From assembly GCA_018398765.1 (NCBI GenBank), contig JAHBMJ010000498.1, positions 1 through 46,358 of the forward strand: a stretch of 46,358 nt of DNA. Direction: 5' to 3'. The DNA is from Chromera velia (Eukaryota). The notes below the pieces were generated by a model. It did not search any database. It was not told the DNA's origin and saw only the letters and a list, made by a program, of their open reading frames with translations. Within the stretch, counting starts at the first letter, position 1. Every line of letters starts with the position of its first letter. The position numbers were made by a program, and so were the translations under genes. Shown here in pieces: positions 11,449 to 21,500 of the stretch.

Positions 11449-14136
11449 TCACAGGCCTGTTCTTTTTTTTGCTTTCGTCTTTGACGACACAGCTGCGGAT
11501 GAAAGGCGGGAGGACACAGAAGAAGTGGAAGAGGAGGTTGCAAGGTTGAAGAGCAGCAAGAAGATGGACACGCAAAAAAGAAGACCCGGCACAAATATCG
11601 ACCACACAAAATTTCGAGCAGCGATGGTCTCTCTTTCCCTCTCATTCACAACGAATTCTGCCCCTCCACGTATAAGCACATCTGCAACATTCATATGCCC
11701 GTAATACTTTGCAATCCCCAACGGCGTCCATCCATACTGGTCTTTCACATTCACAGTCGCCCCAAAATCCAACAACGCCTGCACAATATCGGTATCGTCT
11801 GAATTCTCTGCAGCCATATGCAAGGGGGTCCATCTCTGTGCATCCTTGGCATCGGGATTTGCCCCCTTTTCTAAGAGAGCCTCAACAATCTGCAGGTGGC
11901 CATTCATTGCCGCAACATGCAGGGGAGTTTGCTTACTGGCTGAACGAGCATCCACCATCGCACCCGCTTGAAGCAACGCCCGTGAGGCTGCCAGATGGCC
12001 ATTGTTGGCCGCTATAAACAAAGGGGTGATCTGCTCAGTTGAACGAGCCTCTGTCGCTGCCCCTGCTCTAAGTAGTGCTTCTACAACCTTTACATGGCCC
12101 TCCTCGGCAGACACATACAGAGGTGTAACGTCCCCCCTCTGCGGCCCCGTCTCTTTTCTTCCTTTGTTCCCCCTCCGACGACTATGCACAACAGGGGGGG
12201 GCGTCCCCTTCCCCTCACCACTTCCCGGCTGACCTCCAAGAAAGTCAACGGGCGACGTGACACCCCCCCCTGGAACTGTCTCCCACAAATTTCCTCCTAC
12301 GGACCCGCTCTGTTGCTGCTGCTGCTGCTGCTGTTGGGGAGGTGGAGGAGGTGAGGGGACGGCTCTACCGAAATACTGAGATCTGAGGTCCTCCACGGCA
12401 AAGGTTGTCAATACGTTGACCACCGTGGTATGACCAGACTCTTTTGCAAGCTGCAGGGCGGTTTTGCCGTTAGGCAATTTCGCCTGTGTGTCTGCTCCAG
12501 ATCGCAACAACAGCATAACGACCCCTGCATGACCGTACCTCGCTGCGATCAACAGAGGCGTCCAGTCACCCCCGTTTCTGGCTTCCATATCAGAGCCTCG
12601 ATCGAGCAGAGCCTGCACAATCTCGGGATCCCCGCTGTAGCGGCAGGCCATATGAAGAGGGGTCCACTGCTTCTCTGTGCTCACATGAACGTTGGCATGG
12701 TTTCTCAGAAGCATTCTGACCACCTGGATATGGCCGTTTTGGCATGCAACGTGCAGAGGCGTGTGCTTTGAGCCGTCTCCTTTCAGAAAGGAAAGGGAGA
12801 CGTCTACATCCGCCCCTGATTTCAGGAGTAAATCTACCGCGGCCTGCCTGCCGTTCTGTGCCGCGATATACAAAGGAGTGGCAGACTCGAGCGTTCGGGG
12901 CTCCACCGACGCACCTGCCTTGATGAGTGCCTGCATGACCGCGATGTGGCCATGCTCTGCTGCTATGTGGAGAGCTGTGTGATGGGTGTCTCGGCGTGCG
13001 TCAACGTTCGCTCCTGCCTTAATGAGAGCTTCTACCACAGGCAAACGGTCCATCTGAGCAGCAATGTAAAGGGGGGTGAGCTGTTGGAAACTGACAGCTT
13101 CAGTAGATGCCCCCCTCTTCAGCAGGGCGTCCACGATCTGAACGTGACCCTGTTGAGCTGCTATCCACAGAGGGGTGATCTTCAGCTGGTTGGGTCTCTC
13201 TTCGAGGTTTGCCCCTCTATCTATGAGTTCTGTCAAGGACGAAAGACTGCCTTCAAACGCGGATTTAAAGAGCGCACCAAGGGGGGGGGCAGAGGTCTGA
13301 ATACTAGGTTGGGTGGCGATGTTACCGGGGTGCAGAGAGGTGGTGGTTTGGCCATGGCCATACCCTCCCTCCAGACCTCCAACGCTGTGTTTGACTGCAG
13401 AGGGCGCCCCAACTCCGACCTGCATGCCAAGAAAAGAACGAAGGGACAAGAAAAAGAAAATGGAACAGGGCAGGATGGTGGCAATACACACTGCATTACA
13501 TCGGAGTCCCTACCCTCTACCCTCTACCTTGTTCGTTTCCTGACGTTGAAGTGACTGAAAGCACATCGCTGGTTAGTGTCCAGGCAAAACAAAGCATACA
13601 GAGGGCTGCCAACTGCTGAGACGGGGGAAAAGTGGGCAGCTCTAGTTGGAGAAAAACACCACAACATGAGCAGCATGCGCGATGTACAAGACTTCTGGAG
13701 GGCGCAAGTTTCCCTTTGCTTTTTTTCGGGGGCGGATACAGGGAGGCAACGCAAAGAAAGAAGCGGGATACACGCAGAGGGCTTTCTGACTGACGGTCAA
13801 AGAATGATGCTGTTCGAGAAGTGTCTTCATGCCTTGGTGCCCTCCCTCTTCCTCTTCCTCTTCGTGGACCAAGTCATCATCGTCCTCCCCGAAGTCGACC
13901 GTCTCCCTTTCCTGCTGCTGGTTGGAAAGTCCGTCTCTGTGTTTCTCTGCAGCTTCAGGGGCCACGGAGACTGCAACAGTCTCTACAGAGATGGAGATAG
14001 AATCAGTATTCCCAAACGCGCCCACATCGTCAAAGAAAAACTCAGGGGGCTCATGGAAGAGCTGTTGACTCCAGATACCAGGGAAGGGGCAGAACACCAC
14101 AAAAACGAACACACTCAGAAGCCACTTCACCTCCAT
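11449..14136 (-). CDS. Ankyrin-repeat protein with predicted N-terminal signal peptide and C-terminal TM helix; exons 14136-13795 and 13419-11449
   Basis: About 12-13 TPLH/TPLY-xAAxxG ankyrin repeats in two blocks separated by a Pro/Gln/Gly linker; hydrophobic NFVWSIFVPGLLFCVSIFLLLF near the C-terminus. Exon 1 starts MEVKWLLSVFVFVVFCPFPGIWS and ends ACC|GTCAGT (phase 0); acceptor is a pyrimidine tract ending GCATGCAG|GTC (phase 0). Confidence 0.8.
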
Positions 14137-14459
14137 CCTGAGGCCTATTGCCAAGCAGCAGAAGAAACGGTTGACTTGTAAAGATTGGTTCTAGAAGAAT
14201 CCACCGAGAGAATCTCGCGACCAAGCAGGAGGCGACTCTCAATCAAACACCAGAGCTAGGAGAGACACCCTACATGGACAGACGGTACAACGAGGCCGCC
14301 GCAGGCACTCTTCTTGATCCAAATCCAGCGCGAATCAACAGACGTCTCAGAGCTGTCCTCCAGAAAGACCGATCGGTACATGATCGGTACATCTACATGG
14401 TGACCCGGAACCGGCCGTGACCGCACAACATGTGACTCAGTGAGCTGAATGGACAATGG

Positions 14460-14640
14460 CGGTGAATTTTCCATTCAGATCTAAGCGATGCATGCATGGA
14501 GGGAAGGAGACGCGTGCGCGGCGCCGCGCGTCGGATGCTCCGGGCCGGGACGTACATGCATGCATGCAGCGCGCGCCGGGGCGGCATGCATGCACGCAGG
14601 CCGGAGGAAGATGCATGGACTGCATGCATGTGATGGAGGA
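14460..14640. promoter_or_regulatory. Probable bidirectional promoter core with clustered TGCATGCA palindromes and GC-rich boxes
   Basis: At least four TGCATGCA copies (~14489, ~14557, ~14588, ~14621) between the divergent ATGs at 14136 (-) and 14890 (+). Confidence 0.55.
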
Positions 14641-14889
14641 ATTAAGCATTTTGACTGACCTTAACCCTTCTGGCAGCCGGTCACGCAGTCGACTGTTGTT
14701 ACCGAAAGGCCAAAGCTCTGTTGGCTGTATAAGACCCTCCTCTAATATACATTCGATACATTCATACGAAGGCACATTGAAGGGCGCAAATCACGTCAAA
14801 TCCTCTGCTCTCCACTCAATTGTACACACTTTCGTTTGGAGAGAACTGCGTTTAACGCCAGCCCGGGGCTTGGAAGTGTTGCCGCATAT

Positions 14890-15627
14890 ATGTCGAGCAA
14901 AGAACAGAAGGTTGAAGCCGCTGCGGCTCCAACCACTGCGGTAGACTCACCACAACGCTCTCGGTCACTTTCCCGCCTTCCCGTGTGGGCCCTCGAGTCT
15001 GCCTTTGGGTTACTTGGGCCTCGCTCCCTCTGCACAGTTGTTCAAGTCTGCTCTTCCTGGCACGCAATCGTTTTCGATCCCCGTCTCGAATTCTGGAAGG
15101 GCGTTTGCGAGAGGGTGGGGCTGCTGGACGAGAGTGCGTTCTCCAATGCTCGTGCACGAGCAAAGAAGGTGAATAAGTCTGTGGCAGCACTTCGGAAGGC
15201 ACGCGACAAAACGGCACCGAACACACCGGAACGGGCAAAGGCAGACCGAGCCATTATTGAGCGCTACAAAAGCCACTGGGTGGAGATGAGGAACCGAATG
15301 TGCCGGCATTGCAAGAAAGCCCAGAAGCAGACCTCTTGTTATGATCTGTATGACAACGTACTTCTCTGTATGGACTGTCGGAGAATGGAGCCTTTCGCAT
15401 GGATCAGCACCACTCTGTGCAAGAGGTTTTTCAAATTCGACCCTGTGGGGCTCAAGAGCATGTGGGTCGGTCATGGCAATAGGTCAGGGAGTATTTACAA
15501 GCTGCAAGATGTGGAGAAGAAGGCCGAAGAAAAACACGGAAAAGAGAAGGCTGAAGAGATGAGCAGAAAGCACCGTGAGAACTGCAAAATCGGTCAAATG
15601 CGCCCTCCCTTTTTTCACGATGTCTGA
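14890..15627 (+). CDS. F-box protein with C-terminal C4 zinc motif and XPA-C-like region
   Basis: First ATG at 14890 (MSSKEQK). F-box LSRLPVWALESAFGLLGPRSLCTVVQVCSSWH...FWKGVC. CRHC...CMDC followed by WISTTLCKRFFKF...IYKLQDVEKKAEEKHG, resembling XPA LITKTEAKQEYLL...LYLKLQIVKRSLEVWG. Intact single-exon ORF. Confidence 0.75.
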   Translation: MSSKEQKVEAAAAPTTAVDSPQRSRSLSRLPVWALESAFGLLGPRSLCTVVQVCSSWHAIVFDPRLEFWKGVCERVGLLDESAFSNARARAKKVNKSVAALRKARDKTAPNTPERAKADRAIIERYKSHWVEMRNRMCRHCKKAQKQTSCYDLYDNVLLCMDCRRMEPFAWISTTLCKRFFKFDPVGLKSMWVGHGNRSGSIYKLQDVEKKAEEKHGKEKAEEMSRKHRENCKIGQMRPPFFHDV

Positions 15628-16156
15628 ACGAGTGAATTGCCGGAGGAAGGGATGGCCCATCCAAAATTTGCAGGAAGCGTTGAAGATCGGAAAGTCTTTC
15701 GGCCTATTCTGAAGTGTAGCGGCCTGAGATCTCGGATATGCGCATTGTTTTGTTTTGTCGCAATTGATATGTTTATCAGATTTTCCTGGTAGAGTTTTCA
15801 TGCGGTTGGAATCAGTATTCGTTATCACAAAGGAGGGGGGGGCCTGATTCCTCTAGAGATGAACTTAAATAAATCATCATTACTAATATCATTATACATC
15901 ATTATCATCTAGATTATCATTCTCACAATGCAAAAGGTCTGCTCCATTCTGCTTGAATTTTTGCTGGATCTGCCTCAAGCTAGGGTAATTGTTGTTTACT
16001 ACTACACGGTCACCAAACATCCAAGCCAGCCTTAGCCAGGTACTGTTGATGCTTGCAGAATGACATAGAATGACGCTACCTCCAGGAAGCTGGATGTCAC
16101 TAAGATGTGAACTAATGGTAAAAACCTGGTTTATACTGTTACAGCTAGTGTTACAG

Positions 16157-17167
16157 TGTTATATGGAAGTAGGAGACATGGGGATAAGGTAATAAGAGAC
16201 TAAATAAGAGAGATAGATAATAATGGGGGTATGACGAAGGCAGAAAGAAGTAAGGAGTAATAGTAGGACAAGGAAGTATTGAGGCATGGCAGAGAAAGGC
16301 GGGGCCTGGCCCCGGATAGAACTTACACATAATATGTATACGATCGAGAGGCCCGCGGGAAGGGGCGAGTCTGGGCCGAATTACAGATTGTGTAATTTGG
16401 AATTACAGCTAGATTATATAATTTAGGAGTTTAAGGCCAACTTTAGGCCGAATTACAGATTGTGTAATTCGGAATTACAGATTATGTAATATGGGAGTTT
16501 AGGCCGAATTAGAGATTGTGCAATTCGGAATTACAGCTAGATTGTGTAATGTGGGAGTTTATAATATAGACCGAATTATAGATTATATAATTCAGAATTA
16601 TGGATCACATACTAATGTGGGAGTTTGGGCCGAATTACATATTGTCTAATTCGGAATTACGGATTGTGTAATGTGAAAGTTTAGGCCATGTAAATTTTAG
16701 ATTGTGTAATCTACATAAAATTACAAAAATTAGGAATTACAGAATATTTGTAATTCCACAAAAATGTAATTTCATAAACAAATTTCAGAAATAGAAAAAA
16801 AAAAAAATCAGAAGAAGCAAATTTAAAGGATTGCATCAGATCGAAAAACTTAAGAATAGAACACAAAATTCTGAACTTTTGACCAAATTACAAATTCTGT
16901 AATTCTTGATTACAAATTTTGTAATCTCACTTAGAGTCGATTATTAGCTGCCTTTAAACAGTGCCTTAGCTTATCTAGCTTCTTAATCTAGCTTACCACT
17001 TAACTACTAGCGATCAAACATAAAAAAAACATTCTATTCTACGTAATGGAATCCAATTAGTCTTACACACAAGTCCTTCAACGATCTTCCTACCTTCGTC
17101 ATACCCCTCTTATTATCTATCTCTCTTATGACCTCATCCCCATGTCTCCTACTTCTACATAATAACA
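16157..17167. mobile_element. ~1-kb segment bounded by ~90-bp imperfect inverted repeats (TGTTA...TAACA)
   Basis: 16157-16247 TGTTATATGGAAGTAGGAGACATGGGGAT...AGATAGATAATAA...GGGGTATGACGAAGG matches the reverse complement of ~17085-17167. No TSD. Either a TIR element or two opposed fragments of one repeat. Confidence 0.6.
16373..16745. repeat. Minisatellite, ~56-65-bp unit, ~6 degenerate copies
   Basis: Unit GGCCGAATTACAGATTGTGTAATTCGGAATTACAG(CTAG)ATTRTRTAATRTGGGAGTTTA. Confidence 0.85.
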
Positions 17168-17472
17168 GGCTACTCGCCACTTAATTTCGTATCCCGGCAC
17201 CCCGGCGGGCACTTTGTATACACTTTTTGGTGAATTGGGAAAAAATTCAGGTTTTTGGCGGGCCCACCCCGGCGTGGCATGCCGGAACCAATAGGTGTTT
17301 CTGAGTTCGTTTGGACCCAAACTAAGATTCTTTGGTCGCTGGGCCCATACCTTCCATGTCCTGGTCGGGCCAAGCCATTAAGGGTTCCAGATAGGCCTAT
17401 TGTGCGCCATGACATACGGTGTTCAGCTGTATATAGGCGGCAGATCCGCTTAATGATGGTGGATTCGTACAT

Positions 17473-17549
17473 GAGCGTGTTGTAGTGCGTATTTCAAGGA
17501 CCCCGGCAAGTGAGAGTCCCGGGTTCAAGCCCCGGTCCGGTCCTTTTTT
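17473..17549 (+). pseudogene. tRNA-derived sequence (pseudo-tRNA or SINE head)
   Basis: Perfect T-arm CCGGG-TTCAAGC-CCCGG (B box), weak A box TGTTGTAGTGCG, then TTTTTT. Acceptor and anticodon stems pair poorly. Confidence 0.55.
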
Positions 17550-17986
17550 GGCTTAAATTGCACCGTACGACTTTGAAAGTGCAATTTTTTAATACGTACA
17601 TGCATGTATGTGAGAGTGACCAAACTTTTGACTATCTGAGAGGTCTTTGGAGGACTTGCAAAGCATCTGTACGGCTTGTAGGACTATTTTGAATTCTTTG
17701 ATCTGCTCTGTCTATGTATAGGCTGGCAGGTTGTCTGTAGATAGGACTTTTGTGTACAGTCAGGGACCTTTGTGCACTCTCAGTCTAACAAGCTCTGACC
17801 TTGTTTGTATCGATCCTAGGTATCGATCCGTTCAGCTTCTCTGTTTTCTTTCCATCGCCAACGCTGTCTTAGTTCCCTCTGTGTCCAGCTTTTTTGTTCC
17901 TCTGGTAGACTCTCTGCTCCGCTCTGCTCTGGAGGAGGAAAGATGGCTGATCTCTCTGCTCCCTCTGTGTCCGCTCTTCTCTATAG

Positions 17987-18512
17987 GGGGGTGAAATACC
18001 TTTAGCATGGTGGGGGGGCGGGGCGTAATAATTAACGCACGGCTTCGCCGCATGGCAGCACGGCCCCCCCTTGTATCGCGAAAAAAGGCTGCCGCGCGGC
18101 ACGGCCCTACCAGGCCGTGCAGCGCAGCAGCAAGATTTTTTCTAGTATGCGTTAGGCTTTCAACTCCTGGCTGGTAGAAGAGGCACTCAATAGTACTCAA
18201 CTGCCCCGCTCTCCAGGACTCCTCTATTCCTCTCTCAGTATCTTTTTCAGTATTCACATATTGATGTTGACCTAGATGTTGACCCGTTGGCAAGAAGAAA
18301 GGGGAGGGGGGCAACGCAAGGAGACGATGTTGAGAGAGGAACTTGAGACCAACTTATAGTATCTAGTATATTATTTAATAGTCTACCGCGTAGCACGGCC
18401 CCCCCCCCGTACTACGAGCCCAGACTGCGCTCTGCGTGGCCTGGGGGGGGGTCCTGTACAGCTGGCAAGCCAGCCGCGCAGACCGGGACCCCCCCCCCCG
18501 ATATTACCCCCC
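17987..18512. mobile_element. Possible small element nested in the 17188-19538 element
   Basis: TA|GGGGGGTGAAATA ... TATTACCCCCC|TA; internal GCACGGCCCCCCC occurs twice. Confidence 0.4.
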
Positions 18513-21500
18513 TATTCTTCTCTGTGCCCCTCGGCTGGCCACCGGCGAGGTTGTGCAGGTCTTGATCCTTTATAACCGGTGTCTGGCAGTCTGCAAAGCG
18601 GGAATAGATTCTTTCTGGTACGTTGACGTGCTTGCTGTTTGATCATGGTTGCTCTGTAGTCCTAATTGGTTACTTTGATTTTACTTGTGCAGCCTTTTTG
18701 CAATTGGTGGCCCCTCTAGGCCAAGTTTCTTTTTGGTGTCTCTAGTTGCAGCAGAGAAGGGCAAGACTGTAAGCACACTCTGTTGACAAAGCTTGGGGAT
18801 GGACTGAGTCTAGCACAATGCCTTTTCTTCAGTTCTGACTCTGAATTACAGTGATGGAGTAGCTTTAGTGCATATGGCTGGGTAACTTGAGCCAGACGCC
18901 CTACTCCGGTGGAACAAAAATACATGATGCTAGATGATGCGGCACCACCTAAGTAGATGCGTGTCTGTGTGCTTATCTGCACCTCACCACACACTTTCGT
19001 CGTTGTTTTATGCCGTTTGTTGTGTTTGATTACTTCTAGAGATCATTCAGGACTTGTTTTGAGTAGAATTCGGCGTATCGCAGCTTTTATCAGCTTTATG
19101 CATACGGAACCATAGCGTGCCGCATACGGAAGCATAGCGTGCCGCCACCTGAATAGATGTGTGCTTGTGTGTTTGTATGCTCTTTAGGAGTCTTTAGCAC
19201 ATCCTTTGGTCACAGTTTTATGCCGTTTGTTCTGTCTGATCGCTTCTGCAGATCCCACCTGGTCCAGGCTCGTTCGCAATGAAGACACCCCAAACATATG
19301 TGGCGGCGCATAATAGGCCTCCAAGAAACCCTTTTAGGCCTGCCCCAACCGGTACATGAAAGGTATAGCCCCAGCGACCAACGAATGTTAGTTTGGGTCC
19401 AAACGGACTCAGAAACACCTATTGGTTCCGGCATGCCACACCGGGGTAGGCCTGTGCAAAATCTGAATTTTTTCTGAAACAAGGATCATCCCATAGGAAA
19501 AAGTGTATACAAAGTGCCCGCCGGAGTGCTGGGATGCGTTATGCCTAGAAGTAGCTAGAGGGTTAGTCCTGAAAATTCCTCCTCCCTCCCAAATTAAACA
19601 ATTGCAGTTTTTTACTGTAATAACGTCATAGACAATGCTATTAATTATAATGATTGATTTAGAATCTTTTAGATTGAATGCTTAATTTTTCATGATGCTT
19701 GCTAGGTTGTTCAACTCTTATCGAGCCAGTTAGGCTTCAGCGTCGCGTCCCTGCACCCCCACAGGCAGCATCGCCCGGCACGACCCCGCACGACCCTGGA
19801 AAGCAGACAAACAAACTGGAAAATTGAGCACACACATGAAGTCAATGTGGCAATGGCCACAACCTGGCCGTGCGGAATATTCCTCTGCCAGCAACGGCAT
19901 GCATGCAGCGTACACGTACCGCACCTCCCTCTAGACCTCCCTTCAAAGAACCCTCTGACGACAGTTTCAGCGATCGAGAGAAAAGCCGGGCCAACCAGTT
20001 ACCCGCTCCGCGTGCACAAACAGGCAGTGTAGAGCGGTAATTGGCCAGAACAAAAAAAAAGAGCCGCCTGCGCCGATGCGCTCTCCGAAGTCTCTGACAA
20101 TCAACAACGGAGGGCTTTTTTCAGACGCCTGCAGCTCCCCTCCGCTGTGTGTCCCTTCATTCCCTCCCAGCTTCTCCTTCCCTTCCTTCCCTTTCCTTCC
20201 TTCGATTCATTATCATCGATGGATCCATTCCGAGCCAAACAGGACAGGGTCCGTCCATCCATGTATCGACAAATGAACTGACGGGAAAGACACCACAGCA
20301 AGGACAACAGGAAGTGACAGACAGCAAACAAATGATAGAATAGAATTGAAATGATGACGACCGTAGGCGTCCAACGCGTCTCTCCCCGGATCTCTAGCTC
20401 CCTCCCTCTCTGTCTGTCTAGCTAGGTTCATGCTCACTAAATCCAAAGTGGACACACACACACATGCATACGTACAGCAAGATGGATGGAGGCAAGGAGG
20501 GAACAACCCGGCCACTGGCAACAGCACAGCCACTCTTACGGAGGCAAAAGAGGCAGTCAGATGGTCCGTCCTCTCTCGTTCTTCTCTTCTTCCTTCCTTC
20601 CTTCCTAGCTCGTTAGGCCAACGGACTCTTTCCGTCCGTCCCTTCTGTTTACCTCCGGGTCCTTTTCTTTTCCTTTCTTTTCGACGGAGCTTTTGCGCAC
20701 GCAAACACACAAGCAAGCACATGGAAATGCTTGCACGCAAAGGAACACGCGCACGGACACAGACATACTGGAGGACACATATGAACGCAGGCGCGCACAC
20801 GCACACACGCACGCACACACACACACACACACAGAGAGAGAGAGACTCTTTCCTCCCGTTTTCCTCCTGCTCGTCGGTCTCTTTTTTCGTCATTTTGAGT
20901 CAATCATCGCTGATCTCTTTTTGCTTCCTCCTCTCGTTTTTGAGAGTGGACGTCCAGCACGGGAGCCAGAGAAGAGAGAAAAAAACAGACAGGCAAGGCA
21001 GACAAGACAGGCACAGCAAGAGAAGCACACAGCATCATCACAAACCACCTCAACTAGATGGATCGATAGATGGATTCTGTCTCTCTCTCCACACATGCGT
21101 GCAGAGAGAAGAGCTTCCTTCTTCCATCCCATCCCCCCATCCCCTCCCTTTCTGCTTGAAGCAAAAGTCGCATCATGCAGGCAGGCAGGCAGGCAGGCAC
21201 GAACGCAAAACGCGCGTTCATGCGTGCGTGCAGACACACCTGAAGGGAGAGAACGGAGTGGCCTTGAAGAGGAAGGAAGGAAAAGAAAAAAGAGGATGAT
21301 TAATCGACTGCATGATTGAGGGGGGGCTCCAAAAAAGAAAAGAGAGAGAGAGAACACACCACCGAAGTCAACGCATGCATGCATGAACATGAAAGCCACA
21401 CAACCAGTCGATGACAGAACAGTAGATGCAGATCTATGCAGCCTTCCTTTCTTCTTCTGCACACACCACCTCACCTGGGCAGGTGTCATTCACGGAACAG

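Larger units (their letters stand above)
17188..19538. mobile_element. Non-autonomous DNA transposon, ~2.35 kb, with ~220-bp imperfect TIRs
   Basis: CGTATCCCGGCACCCGGCGGGCACTTTGTATACACTTTTT...GGCATGCCGGAACCAATAGGTGTTTCTGAGT...TTTGGACCCAAACTAA matches the reverse complement of ~19300-19538. Both ends are flanked by TT. Confidence 0.85.

Noticed and set aside
16373..16745. CRISPR-like array
   Set aside because: Units are degenerate tandem copies without unique spacers, there are no cas genes, and the context is eukaryotic.
17473..17549. Functional tRNA gene
   Set aside because: Only the T-arm is intact; acceptor, D and anticodon stems do not pair properly.
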